The position numbers were made by a program, and so were the translations under genes. Below are positions 46,833 through 55,941 of a DNA stretch of 64,000 nucleotides, piece after piece. The stretch spans positions 2,586 to 66,585 of the forward strand of contig CAYUDN010000002.1 of assembly GCA_964443675.1 (NCBI GenBank). The letters are read 5' to 3'. Numbering within the stretch: position 1 is the first letter of the stretch; each line of letters starts with the position of its first letter. This stretch comes from an uncultured Candidatus Saccharibacteria bacterium. Its GTDB lineage: Bacteria; Patescibacteriota; Minisyncoccia; Phycocordibacterales; UBA5272. The notes below the pieces were generated by a model. It saw nothing but the letters and a program-made list of their open reading frames with translations, was not told where the DNA came from and ran no database searches.

Positions 46833-47816
46833 ATGATTGAATACAAAGCCCTCGAACAATCTTCACTCACCACACTAGGAATACAGTCAGTTTCTTTTAA
46901 TAGTGGTAATACTTCTTTCTTTTCTGTTATTAGTTTTTTAATGATGCTTTCTTTTATTGCGGTTGTTGGTGTTGCTTCTATCATGATAGTAAAAGGGGGA
47001 ATGTTGCGTATGAAGGCTTCGGAAGAGTCAATACGTTCTTCTAACGAAGTGTTTAGACGTGTGGTATTTGGTGTTCTTGGTGTTTTTAGTTTGTTTATTA
47101 TTATTACCACTATTAATAGTGGGTTAATTACTGGAGATATTGATTTGGGTAAGTTAAGGGTGGGGTCTGGTGATGCTATAACAACAAACAACCTCACCAC
47201 TAAAGAGGTAACAACTTCTTCCAAATCTACCTCTGGAGCAGTTAATGCAGGGTGTCAGAGCAAAGAAATAGTAATTCAAAATATTCAAAACAATGATGCG
47301 TGTAAAGGGGTAAGCTGTTCTGCGTTATTTGGTTGTAATTATTCTTCCTATTTAGCAACCATAGAAAAATATACATCTGGTGATCAAGAGTTAAGAAAAA
47401 TGGCAATTGTAACACTTTGTAAAGAATCAAAAGGTGTACTAACAGCAAATAATAAAAACCCTGACGGAACCTATGATTGTGGTGTTATGCAAATCAACCA
47501 AAAAGATCCTTGTCCTGCTTCGTATGATGTAGATGCTAATATTCAACAAGGAATTAATAAACTACGTTCTCTTAAAAATAATACAAACCAGACATATCCT
47601 GGTTTTCCACGGTGGGGAGGTGTTTTTGCTTCATATAATTGCTGTAGTAATGGAACAGCACCGAACAGTGCAAGTAATGATTGCAACACATCTTCTGGTT
47701 TTCCTGGAAGTGTTCCTAAATGGGGTTGTCCTATTAATCCTGGGGATGGACAATTTAATATGTGCACCGTAAAAAATTACACCTGTGACCTTGTAAAATG
47801 TATGGAGCAGTTATAG
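46833..47816 (+). CDS. Membrane-anchored lytic transglycosylase (VirB1-like SLT domain) sharing its N-terminal module with the 44671 gene
   Basis: SLT family-1 signature: catalytic ES in CKESKG and GVMQIN downstream. N-terminal two-TM module identical to the 44671 protein. ATG at 46833 (track start 46821 is TTG). Confidence 0.6.
   Translation: MIEYKALEQSSLTTLGIQSVSFNSGNTSFFSVISFLMMLSFIAVVGVASIMIVKGGMLRMKASEESIRSSNEVFRRVVFGVLGVFSLFIIITTINSGLITGDIDLGKLRVGSGDAITTNNLTTKEVTTSSKSTSGAVNAGCQSKEIVIQNIQNNDACKGVSCSALFGCNYSSYLATIEKYTSGDQELRKMAIVTLCKESKGVLTANNKNPDGTYDCGVMQINQKDPCPASYDVDANIQQGINKLRSLKNNTNQTYPGFPRWGGVFASYNCCSNGTAPNSASNDCNTSSGFPGSVPKWGCPINPGDGQFNMCTVKNYTCDLVKCMEQL
46847..47167. repeat. 321-bp direct repeat copy B
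   Basis: See copy A at 44691-45011. Confidence 0.85.
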
Positions 47817-48530
47817 CTATCTGAGATGTGCTAATTTGTTCTTCATATACACATCAAGAACATAACTTATTATATTACTCACTGTCCAGTAAAGTGCTAG
47901 TGCAGCGGGAAGGAAGAGTGCTGAAATAGTTAAAATAGCAGGAAGCACATACACCATCTGAACTTTCATAGATTTCATAAAGTGATCCTGGAAAGATTCC
48001 TCTTTTCCTTCTGTCTTCGAACCTATATCAACTGTTTGACGCTTTGCAAGCATGAACGCTGAAACACCAGACAAAATAGCAATGATGGTATTTTTTTGAG
48101 TAACATCAAAAAGACCAAACGCATGAGTATGTAGTGTTTCAGGGAAACTAACAAAAGAATATATTGACTGTGGGTCATTAAATAACCCTTTAGAAAACAC
48201 AAAGTAAAGTGCGAAAAATATTGGTATTTGTAACACCACTACAAAAATACTAGAAAAAGGATTAATGCTATTTTTTTTATATATCTCCACCATTTGTTTA
48301 GAAGCAAGGGCTGGATCCTTTTTTTGCACTTCTTTTATTTTTTCAAACTCTGGTTGTATTTTCTTCATCATGTACTGTGTACGAAGCGCTGACAAATTAA
48401 GAGGAAGAAGTATTCCTTTTACAATAAGAGTAACCAGTACAATAGCGGTACCAATATCATGAAGAGGGACCACTGTAAGGACAATAACAATAAGATTATA
48501 AATTGGTTCGTAGAAAAAAGTATGGAACAT
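47817..48530 (-). CDS. yidC: Membrane protein insertase YidC/Oxa1 (short form)
   Basis: Multi-TM protein with the conserved TM1/loop region (IVLVTLIVKGILLPLNL...KIQPEFEKIKE). Lies in the rpmH-rnpA-yidC arrangement. Confidence 0.85.
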   Translation of the reverse strand: MFHTFFYEPIYNLIVIVLTVVPLHDIGTAIVLVTLIVKGILLPLNLSALRTQYMMKKIQPEFEKIKEVQKKDPALASKQMVEIYKKNSINPFSSIFVVVLQIPIFFALYFVFSKGLFNDPQSIYSFVSFPETLHTHAFGLFDVTQKNTIIAILSGVSAFMLAKRQTVDIGSKTEGKEESFQDHFMKSMKVQMVYVLPAILTISALFLPAALALYWTVSNIISYVLDVYMKNKLAHLR

Positions 48531-48532
48531 AA

Positions 48533-48847
48533 TTACTGTAGTGTAGCAAATGCCTGCATTAGTTGATACTGTAGTTGTTCATAAGAAGAAGTTAGACAAG
48601 TACTTTTTGGGTATATTAAAAAGTGTCCTATTTTAGACGGTTGTACTCGCTCAAGAACACTATACACCCTTCTTCTTATTTTTGAACGTAGTACTGCTTT
48701 TTTTATTGTTTTTTTAGAAATAACACAAGCGTATTTAACTTCATTACCTTGTATATACGCCACGTCACATACTGTACCACGAAAAAAGACTTTAGGACGT
48801 TGTCCAGAAAAGTCTTGTTTCGTAAGTCTTTTTGTTTTTGGTACCAT
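48533..48847 (-). CDS. rnpA: Ribonuclease P protein component
   Basis: 104-aa basic protein (KKTIKKAVLRSKIRRR, cf. RnpA KKxxxAVxRNRIKR), positioned between rpmH and yidC. Confidence 0.65.
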   Translation of the reverse strand: MVPKTKRLTKQDFSGQRPKVFFRGTVCDVAYIQGNEVKYACVISKKTIKKAVLRSKIRRRVYSVLERVQPSKIGHFLIYPKSTCLTSSYEQLQYQLMQAFATLQ

Positions 48848-48880
48848 ATACGCAAAAACGTATCTCTTTACTAATAGAGA

Positions 48881-49015
48881 TTACACGGAAAGTTTCTTTC
48901 TTCCTATGGTTCGACGTCGAGAAAGCGTTTTACGACCTCCTTTTGATGCCATACGAACAAGGAAACCATGTGTTGTTGCTCGTTTCTTTTTCTTTGGATT
49001 GTATGTAATTGACAT
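48881..49015 (-). CDS. rpmH: 50S ribosomal protein L34
   Basis: Reverse-strand translation [44 protein letters not shown] matches the L34 consensus. Not in the ORF track because it is under 60 aa. The track + ORF 48906-49175 is rejected. Confidence 0.85.
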   Translation of the reverse strand: MSITYNPKKKKRATTHGFLVRMASKGGRKTLSRRRTIGRKKLSV

Positions 49016-49126
49016 GGCGCCATTCTACAACAAAAAAACTTTAAAAGCAAACAAATCTTTTTACAGCACCTTAACTATATCGTCAAGTTGTTTTGATTTA
49101 TTTGACGTGTATACTAACAGATACCT

Positions 49127-50464
49127 ATGGACTACTCACAACTTTGGAATAGTGCTTTATCTCAGATCGAGATAGAACTTTCTCGAGTTAATTTTAATAC
49201 ATGGTTCAAAAACACAAGAATCATTGACTATAAAGAAGGGGAGGTAACTATTGGTGTTCCTAATGAGTTCGTAAAGGATTGGCTTAATCAAAAATATCAC
49301 AAATTTATTCTTCGTATTTTACGCACCATACACGAAGGTGTTCGTTCTGTTGTGTTTACTGTCGTCAAACCAGAAACCTTGCAGAAAAAATCTCAAACTA
49401 TTTCTATAGTAGGACAACCACTTCCTCTTAATGATCTTTATATTAATAAAGATGACGGCCTTAACCCACGATACACCTTTGAAAATTTCATTGTTGGCTC
49501 TTTTAACGAAGTTGCTTACGCTTGTTCACAAGCAGTAATTAATGGACTTGGTATTATTTATAACCCTCTCTTTATTTATGGAAACACCGGGCTTGGAAAA
49601 ACTCACCTTCTTCAAGCAGTAGGGAATACAATAAAGAAAAAATATCCTGAACGAAAAATTTTCTATACCTCTCTTGAGAAGTACTACATGGATTATGTAA
49701 ACGCTACAAATCTTAATAAAATAAATAGCTTTAAAGAAAAATATCGTAAATTTGATGTTTTTATAATGGATGATATTCAGTTTATTAATGGAAAAGAAAG
49801 AACACAAGATGAATTATTCCATCTTTTTAACTCTCTTTATGAGATGAATAAACAGATTATCTTTTCTTCAGATAAACACCCTAATCTTATTCAAGGACTT
49901 GAGGATCGTCTTAGATCACGTTTTAATCACGGAATGATTGTTGACGTGAATATCCCTTCCATGGAATCAAGACTTGCTATTCTTCAAATAAAAACAAAAG
50001 AATATCGAGAAAAAATTCCACACGAAGTATTGCAATATATCGCTGAGTCAATTCAAGGTAACATTCGTGAACTAGAAGGAGTTATGACTTCTATCCTTGG
50101 ACATATTCAAGTAAAACAACAAGTAGTCACCCTTCTTGATGTAAAAAACCTTCTCAAAAACTCAGTACGTGCTAAGAAAAGTATTTCTATTCCTGAAATA
50201 GTAAAGATTATTTCTGATTATTACCATATTCCTGATGTATATATTTACAACAAAACAAGACGAAAGGATGTAGTAAAACCACGACAAATTGTAATGTACA
50301 TCTTGCGTGAAGATTTTGATATCTCATACCCAATGATTGGAGACAGATTAGGAGGAAGAGACCACACCACAGTAATACACTCGTATGAAAAAATTAAAGG
50401 GATGGTTAAAGAAAACCCACAACTTAGTAGAGAAATAGAAGACATTAGAGCAATGTTGGTGTAA
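49127..50464 (+). CDS. dnaA: Chromosomal replication initiator DnaA
   Basis: AAA+ Walker A NPLFIYGNTGLGKTHLL, sensor motifs, and C-terminal DNA-binding domain (...VMYILREDFDISYPMIGDRLGGRDHTTV). Confidence 0.95.
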   Translation: MDYSQLWNSALSQIEIELSRVNFNTWFKNTRIIDYKEGEVTIGVPNEFVKDWLNQKYHKFILRILRTIHEGVRSVVFTVVKPETLQKKSQTISIVGQPLPLNDLYINKDDGLNPRYTFENFIVGSFNEVAYACSQAVINGLGIIYNPLFIYGNTGLGKTHLLQAVGNTIKKKYPERKIFYTSLEKYYMDYVNATNLNKINSFKEKYRKFDVFIMDDIQFINGKERTQDELFHLFNSLYEMNKQIIFSSDKHPNLIQGLEDRLRSRFNHGMIVDVNIPSMESRLAILQIKTKEYREKIPHEVLQYIAESIQGNIRELEGVMTSILGHIQVKQQVVTLLDVKNLLKNSVRAKKSISIPEIVKIISDYYHIPDVYIYNKTRRKDVVKPRQIVMYILREDFDISYPMIGDRLGGRDHTTVIHSYEKIKGMVKENPQLSREIEDIRAMLV

Positions 50465-50789
50465 AAATATCTTTACTACACCACGATAAAGAATAATTAT
50501 TATTATTTTACTACCTTATATGGCAAAGCTTAACATCTTTGTATTGTAGACTCTTTTATAGGTATGTGAATAACTATGTGGATAAATAAAGAACAGTATA
50601 TGAATAACTCTTTTTTTATTCACAGCACCTTTAGTAAAAAACCCACCTTGTACACAACTAAGACTAGGTAATAAAGGTTCCAGTTAATATGAATTAATAA
50701 AAAAATCCTTATATAATAATACTTTTATACTATTTCCACACCATCCACAGACCTATACTTAGTATTATATTTTATATATACTAGTAACT
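50465..50789. other. Putative oriC: AT-rich dnaA-dnaN intergenic region with DnaA boxes
   Basis: TGTGAATAA (50565-50573), TGTGGATAA (50577-50585, perfect reverse complement of TTATCCACA), TTATTCACA (50616-50624), TTTCCACAC / ATCCACAG (50733-50750). Very AT-rich tract 50750-50789 is a possible DUE. Confidence 0.55.
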
Positions 50790-51878
50790 ATGAAATTCGA
50801 ATGCAAAGGAGAGGTATTTATTAAAGCGGTACAGCAAGTAGCACGTGCACGTAGTAAAACACAGTCACAACAATCACTTCAAGATATACATTTAGAAATA
50901 ACAAACCATCTTCTCACTCTTCGTGCAACTAACTTGGAATTATTTTGCGAAAAGAGTATTCCTGTAAAAGGGGTTGTGAACGGAGCTTGTTTACTGCAAG
51001 GAGAAACATTACTCCGTATTCTTTCTACCTTTAGTACAAGAGATACAACATTTACTTGCGAGATTGTTGGAGGTGTTTTTGTTATTACTACTGAAAAAGG
51101 TGTTATTGAGATCAAAACAACCCCTTACGAAGATTTTCCAACACTTCCATCACAAGGTGAACTTATTGGAACACTTCCAAAAGAAACAATTATCTCTCTT
51201 ATTAAAGAAGTTTCTTTTTGTTCCGCGACAACAGATATTAAGCCAGAAATTTCTTCTGTGTTTGTGTACACAAAGGATACCTCTATTATTAGTGTTTCAA
51301 CTGATTCATATCGTTTAGCAGAAAAGGTTGTTCCTAATGAAAAAGATCTTGATTTCTCGTTTCTTTTACCAGAAAAGCATATAGGGGAAGTTCTTCAAAT
51401 TATTAACGAAGAAGAGGGTGATATAACTCTTTCAAGAAGTAATAATATTGTAACGTTAACAGGACAAACAGTAACATTATCTATTCATACTATTACAGGT
51501 CATTTCCCTGATTATAAACAACTTTTTCCAAAAGAATTTACAACCACAGTAACTATACCAAAAGAGGATCTACAAAAAGCACTCACTCTAACAACATTTT
51601 TTAATGATCAGTATTCTGAAGTGGAGTGTATGTTTACAGGGGATGTATGTACAGTACATAGTAAAAGTGAAAAAGTTGGACAAGTTACCCACTCTGTTTC
51701 TATTACTAAAGAGGGTGAAGATATTGAAGTGAAGTATAATAACCGTTTTTTCTTAGAGGTTTTTCCTTATATAGAAGGGGACATGATTACCTGTTCATTT
51801 ACAACATCGAACCGTCCAATGTTTATACAAGGCAATAAAGATATTACATTTACATATCTTTTAATGCCGCTTAGATAA
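50790..51878 (+). CDS. dnaN: DNA polymerase III beta subunit (sliding clamp)
   Basis: 362 aa, three-domain clamp; typical N-terminal MKFECKGEVFIKAVQQV. Confidence 0.95.
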   Translation: MKFECKGEVFIKAVQQVARARSKTQSQQSLQDIHLEITNHLLTLRATNLELFCEKSIPVKGVVNGACLLQGETLLRILSTFSTRDTTFTCEIVGGVFVITTEKGVIEIKTTPYEDFPTLPSQGELIGTLPKETIISLIKEVSFCSATTDIKPEISSVFVYTKDTSIISVSTDSYRLAEKVVPNEKDLDFSFLLPEKHIGEVLQIINEEEGDITLSRSNNIVTLTGQTVTLSIHTITGHFPDYKQLFPKEFTTTVTIPKEDLQKALTLTTFFNDQYSEVECMFTGDVCTVHSKSEKVGQVTHSVSITKEGEDIEVKYNNRFFLEVFPYIEGDMITCSFTTSNRPMFIQGNKDITFTYLLMPLR

Positions 51879-51880
51879 TC

Positions 51881-52108
51881 ATGGAAAACAATCTTTTTAC
51901 AAAATATCTTACTTATATACATGCTTCAGAAAAAGAAAAAAAGGCACTATGTGACGAGATTTGTAAAAAAACTGGAGTAGATATTACTCCAGAAGAGATT
52001 CAGTTACAAAAGAAAAAAGTAACCTTAAGAATATCTTCTGTTAAAAGAAGTATTTTACTACAAAGAAAATTAGAAGAACTTCTTATTTCTCTTGGATATT
52101 CGTTATAA
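51881..52108 (+). CDS. Small hypothetical protein (75 aa) downstream of dnaN
   Basis: Short ORF in the conserved post-dnaN position. Sequence not diagnostic. Confidence 0.3.
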   Translation: MENNLFTKYLTYIHASEKEKKALCDEICKKTGVDITPEEIQLQKKKVTLRISSVKRSILLQRKLEELLISLGYSL

Positions 52109-52133
52109 AAATTAACTACAGTTCAATTATTAT

Positions 52134-54311
52134 TTACTGAACTGTAGTGGTTGCTATTTCTACTACCGGTGATTGTATGGTGTTTTGTTGTAATGTTTGA
52201 TTACAAGGAAGTGAATTAGTAGTCATCCATTTCTGTAACGCGTTTTCCCATAAATAGTACTGAGAATCAGAGGTAGGTGATAATGGGTAGTTTCCATTAG
52301 GTGAGTCTTTTATTACAGAAGCAAGAATAGTATGCACTCCATTTTCTGAACAATAAACACCTCTTAGGATTGGTTTTGTTGCGGTGTTAGGAAGAGGTTC
52401 TGGAAAGTATTCTATTTGTGTTCCTGATAATGCTTCATTCATTGCTTTTCTCCATACAGGAGCAAGAACAAACCCTGCAGTTCTTTTGTCTATCGGAGTA
52501 TTATCATTGTTACCAGCCCACATACCGATAACTAGAGAAGGTGTGTATCCAATAACCCACACATCACGATAATCGTTAGTGGTACCAGTCTTAACAGCAA
52601 CAGGTCTATCTTTGAAGTATAGGGCAGAATTTGCCCCATAGGAAGGTGTTCTTGCTACATTGTCACTTAGTACACTAGAAATTAAAGAAGTAGTGTTTTC
52701 TGGAAGAACTTCCGTTTCTGAAAGAGTGAACTTTTGCAAAATACTATCATCTTGATCACGGATTTCAAGAATCCCTTGCTGTTTGTGATAAATTCCATTA
52801 TTAGCAAAAACTCCATATGCGTTAGTGAGTTCAAGAAGAGTTACTTCTCCTCCACCAAGCACTAATGATAAACCGTATCGAGCTGGATCATTAATAGTGG
52901 TAAGCCCCATTGATTGCGCAAGAGAAACAGTAGAAGATAGACCTGTCAGATAGAGTAGTTTTACTGCTGGTATGTTAAGTGATTGTGCAAGAGCATCTCG
53001 AAGTGATATAGGCCCTCTAAATTTACCGTCATAATTTTCTGGCATGTAACACATGGAATCATCTGTTCCTTGTAAAGGTTTTCCGTATGCGTCACACAGT
53101 GAACTGAATTGTGTAGGGATATCAAAAAGAACTGTTTCTGGTGTATATCCTTGAGAAAATGCTTGTGCGTAGACAATGGGTTTAAAGGAAGAACCTGGTT
53201 GTCGTGGTGCTGTTGCAATATTGAATTGTCCTGGTATTTCTGTATCAAAAAAATCCCTTGACCCAACCATAGCAAGGATTTGTCCTGTTCTTGGATCTAT
53301 TGCCACAAGGGCAGAGTTACGAGCTTTATATTTTTTTTCATTTTCTAAAGCTCCTTCTTTTACAATATCTTCAAGTTTTTTCTGTAAATCATAATCAATA
53401 GTAGTAATTACTTTTAACCCTCCATTTTGTACCATATCTACCCCATACTTATCCTCTAAATATTCTCTTATATACATAACAAAATGCATCGCTTTTCCAC
53501 TATTTGAAACATCTTTTGAAAAAGTTACCTGCTCTTTTTGTGAAATATCTTTTTGTTCTTTGGTGATATACCCAAGTTCGTACATACGCTCAAGAACAAG
53601 ATTTTTTCTTTTTTCTAAAGCGTCTTTATGTTTTCCGTATGGTGAATAATATGTTGGAGCTTGTGGAAGTGCTGCTAAATACGCAGCTTCTGTTAAAGTG
53701 ACTTCTTTTGCGTGTTTACCAAAATAGGTAAGAGAAGCTTCTTCTACACCATAAATTGTTCCACCGTATGGACTTTCGTTGAGATAGATTTGTAGAATTG
53801 TGTCTTTAGAAAGTTCACGGTCTAATTTTATAGACAAAAGAATCTCTTTTATTTTACGAGAAACAGTTTTTTCTCTTGTGAGAAGTGCATTTTTGATAAC
53901 TTGTTGATCTATTGTTGAACCTCCTTGACTGTAACCACCAGAAGTAATGTTTACAAATATTGCTCTAATAAAAGAAGTTGGTCTAAAACCGTAATGTTCA
54001 TAAAAGTGAGCATCTTCAATAGAGATAGTTGCTTGTTGTATATAACTGTTAATATCTTCAATAGGGACTACTGTTCTTCGTACATTGTCATGTATGTTGT
54101 ATAACACTGTTTTTCCTGTTCTGTCGTAAATTTTTGTTGAATTTGCAATATTTCGGTTTTCGAAATTGTTAAAATCAGGAAGTTGTATAGAGGCAAGCCA
54201 TGCAACAAACAAAGCAACAGCAACTACTACAAAAGAAAAAAGTACTAAAAATAACTCCTTAAAAAGTCTTCTAACCGCTCGTTTTTTTCTCTGCACATGA
54301 TAATCCGACAT
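52134..54311 (-). CDS. Class A penicillin-binding protein (PBP1A; transglycosylase/transpeptidase)
   Basis: GT51 motif ISIEDAHFYEHYGF, transpeptidase SxxK (PGSSFKP), SxN and KTG(T) motifs. Start taken at Met 54311 just before the TM anchor. Confidence 0.9.
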   Translation of the reverse strand: MSDYHVQRKKRAVRRLFKELFLVLFSFVVVAVALFVAWLASIQLPDFNNFENRNIANSTKIYDRTGKTVLYNIHDNVRRTVVPIEDINSYIQQATISIEDAHFYEHYGFRPTSFIRAIFVNITSGGYSQGGSTIDQQVIKNALLTREKTVSRKIKEILLSIKLDRELSKDTILQIYLNESPYGGTIYGVEEASLTYFGKHAKEVTLTEAAYLAALPQAPTYYSPYGKHKDALEKRKNLVLERMYELGYITKEQKDISQKEQVTFSKDVSNSGKAMHFVMYIREYLEDKYGVDMVQNGGLKVITTIDYDLQKKLEDIVKEGALENEKKYKARNSALVAIDPRTGQILAMVGSRDFFDTEIPGQFNIATAPRQPGSSFKPIVYAQAFSQGYTPETVLFDIPTQFSSLCDAYGKPLQGTDDSMCYMPENYDGKFRGPISLRDALAQSLNIPAVKLLYLTGLSSTVSLAQSMGLTTINDPARYGLSLVLGGGEVTLLELTNAYGVFANNGIYHKQQGILEIRDQDDSILQKFTLSETEVLPENTTSLISSVLSDNVARTPSYGANSALYFKDRPVAVKTGTTNDYRDVWVIGYTPSLVIGMWAGNNDNTPIDKRTAGFVLAPVWRKAMNEALSGTQIEYFPEPLPNTATKPILRGVYCSENGVHTILASVIKDSPNGNYPLSPTSDSQYYLWENALQKWMTTNSLPCNQTLQQNTIQSPVVEIATTTVQ

Positions 54312-54366
54312 TTGTCTATAGTACCATAAACTTAAATAAAAGATACCTCTATGGTAGTATAACAAT

Positions 54367-55560
54367 ATGGAAAAAATAATCACTGATGAAAAACGTATAG
54401 AAGAACTTCTCACAAGAGGTGTTGAAGATATTTTTGTAAAAGAGGACCTAAAAAAAGCTCTTCTTTCTGGTAAACAACTTCGTATTAAATTTGGTATTGA
54501 TCCAACCGGAGCTCGTATTCATATAGGGAGAGCTGTTCCACTTCGTAAACTTCGAGAATTTCAAAGATTAGGTCATCAAATTGTTTTAATTATTGGTGAT
54601 TTTACGGCGCAAGTTGGTGACGCTTCCGATAAAACCGATAAACGTCCAATGCTTACAAGGGCACAAATCGATGAAAATCTTAAAGATTACAAGAGTCAGA
54701 TTTCTAAAATTCTTGATATTACAAAAACAGAGTTTGTGTACAATAATGACTGGCTCTCTAAATTAACTTTTGGTGATCTTACTACTCTTGCGGAATGTTT
54801 TTCTGTACAACAAATGCTTGCACGTCGTAATTTTAAAGATCGTTACGATAATGGTGTAGAAATATCTCTTCGTGAATTCTTATACCCGATTATGCAAGGG
54901 TATGATTCTGTTGCAGTTAAAGCAGATGTTGAAGTTGGTGGTTTTGATCAGTTGTTTAACTTAAAAGCAGGAAGAGTGATTCAGGAATATTATGGCATGG
55001 AAAAGCAAAATATTGTTACCTTTCAAATGCTTGAAGGAACAGATGGAAGAAAAATGTCCACTTCATGGGGGAATATTATTTCGATCGTTGATGACCCTTC
55101 TACTATATTTGGAAAAGTGATGGCGGTTAATGATGAGTTATTGATCAAGTACTTTTTACTTTGCACAGATCTTTCTCTTGAAGAAATCCAAAACATAGAA
55201 CTTGATTTACAAAAAGGAGTTAATCCTAAAGAAATTAAAATGCGCCTCGCTCTTGAATTAGTAACTCTTTATCATAATGAAAAAGAAGCAGCACTCGCTA
55301 AACATTCTTGGGTAGAGGCTTTTGAAAAAGGTGGTATCCCTGATGAGGTTCCAACGATTACTGTGGAAGATGGAAAAGAGCTTGGTGATATTCTTGTTGG
55401 AGAGGGGGTTGTTTCTTCAAAAACAGACTGGCGTCGCCTTGTACAAGATACTGCAGTTACTGATATGGAAAAAGGTGTTATTACTGACAATAAAGTGATT
55501 GCTTACAATGGAATCTTTAAAATTGGTAAAAAAAGATTTGTAAAAATAGTTGTAAGTTAG
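54367..55560 (+). CDS. tyrS: Tyrosine--tRNA ligase
   Basis: HIGH-type motif (ARIHIGRAV), GGFDQ, KMSTS, C-terminal S4-like RNA-binding segment. TrpRS is not fully excluded. Confidence 0.8.
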   Translation: MEKIITDEKRIEELLTRGVEDIFVKEDLKKALLSGKQLRIKFGIDPTGARIHIGRAVPLRKLREFQRLGHQIVLIIGDFTAQVGDASDKTDKRPMLTRAQIDENLKDYKSQISKILDITKTEFVYNNDWLSKLTFGDLTTLAECFSVQQMLARRNFKDRYDNGVEISLREFLYPIMQGYDSVAVKADVEVGGFDQLFNLKAGRVIQEYYGMEKQNIVTFQMLEGTDGRKMSTSWGNIISIVDDPSTIFGKVMAVNDELLIKYFLLCTDLSLEEIQNIELDLQKGVNPKEIKMRLALELVTLYHNEKEAALAKHSWVEAFEKGGIPDEVPTITVEDGKELGDILVGEGVVSSKTDWRRLVQDTAVTDMEKGVITDNKVIAYNGIFKIGKKRFVKIVVS

Positions 55561-55594
55561 GTGTTAGATAACAGGTTACAGGTGTTAGGAATAC

Positions 55595-55637
55595 AAAAAA
55601 TGCGCGACCACTTTATGGTCGTGCATTTTCTGTTTCT
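55595..55637. terminator. Hairpin ATGCGCGACCA-CTTTA-TGGTCGTGCAT plus T-rich tract
   Basis: 11-bp stem with one mismatch, followed by TTTTCTGTTTCT. Lies between tyrS (+) and the minus-strand ruv operon. Confidence 0.55.
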
Positions 55638-55669
55638 AATATCTAAAGTCTAATACCTAACATCTTGTC

Positions 55670-55861
55670 TTACCAGTACCCCTCATCGTTTGCAGCGAAT
55701 GCGATATCGATCTCATCTGCTTCTTCATCTTCTTCATCTTTTGATGCAGAAAAATCATCCTCTTCTTCGACTTCAATAAACACATCTTCTTCTTCAAAGA
55801 CCGCCTCGAGTGCGTCTGGATTTAAATCTCCTCCTTTTGGTTCTTCTTCTTCGATAAGCAT
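55670..55861 (-). CDS. Small highly acidic protein (63 aa), hypothetical
   Basis: MLIEEEEPKGGDLNPDALEAVFEEEDVFIEVEEEDDFSASKDEEDEEADEIDIAFAANDEGYW lies downstream of ruvC on the same strand. The opposite strand reads as poly-Ser, so the true coding strand is uncertain. Confidence 0.3.
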   Translation of the reverse strand: MLIEEEEPKGGDLNPDALEAVFEEEDVFIEVEEEDDFSASKDEEDEEADEIDIAFAANDEGYW

Positions 55862-55941
55862 ACGTACTGTAGAAATATTACTCTAAATGTATCAAAAAGA
55901 TATCATCTAATAAAAATCTATGCAAGTGTAGCTATAAACAC

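Noticed and set aside
44685-47224. Two identical minus-strand ORFs (44685-44954 and 46817-47224)
   Set aside because: They are antisense to the duplicated 321-bp module of the two + strand hydrolase genes. Their identity simply reflects the nucleotide repeat.
48906-49175. Track ORF of 89 aa on + strand upstream of dnaA
   Set aside because: The opposite strand encodes a perfect ribosomal protein L34 (rpmH, 48881-49015) in the expected rpmH-rnpA-yidC/dnaA arrangement. The + ORF is antisense noise.
55665-55886. Ser-rich 73-aa + strand ORF
   Set aside because: Pure low-complexity poly-Ser translation of the GAA/GAT-rich complementary strand. It lies after the tyrS terminator with no start context. 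Kept only as an alternative to the equally uncertain acidic ORF.
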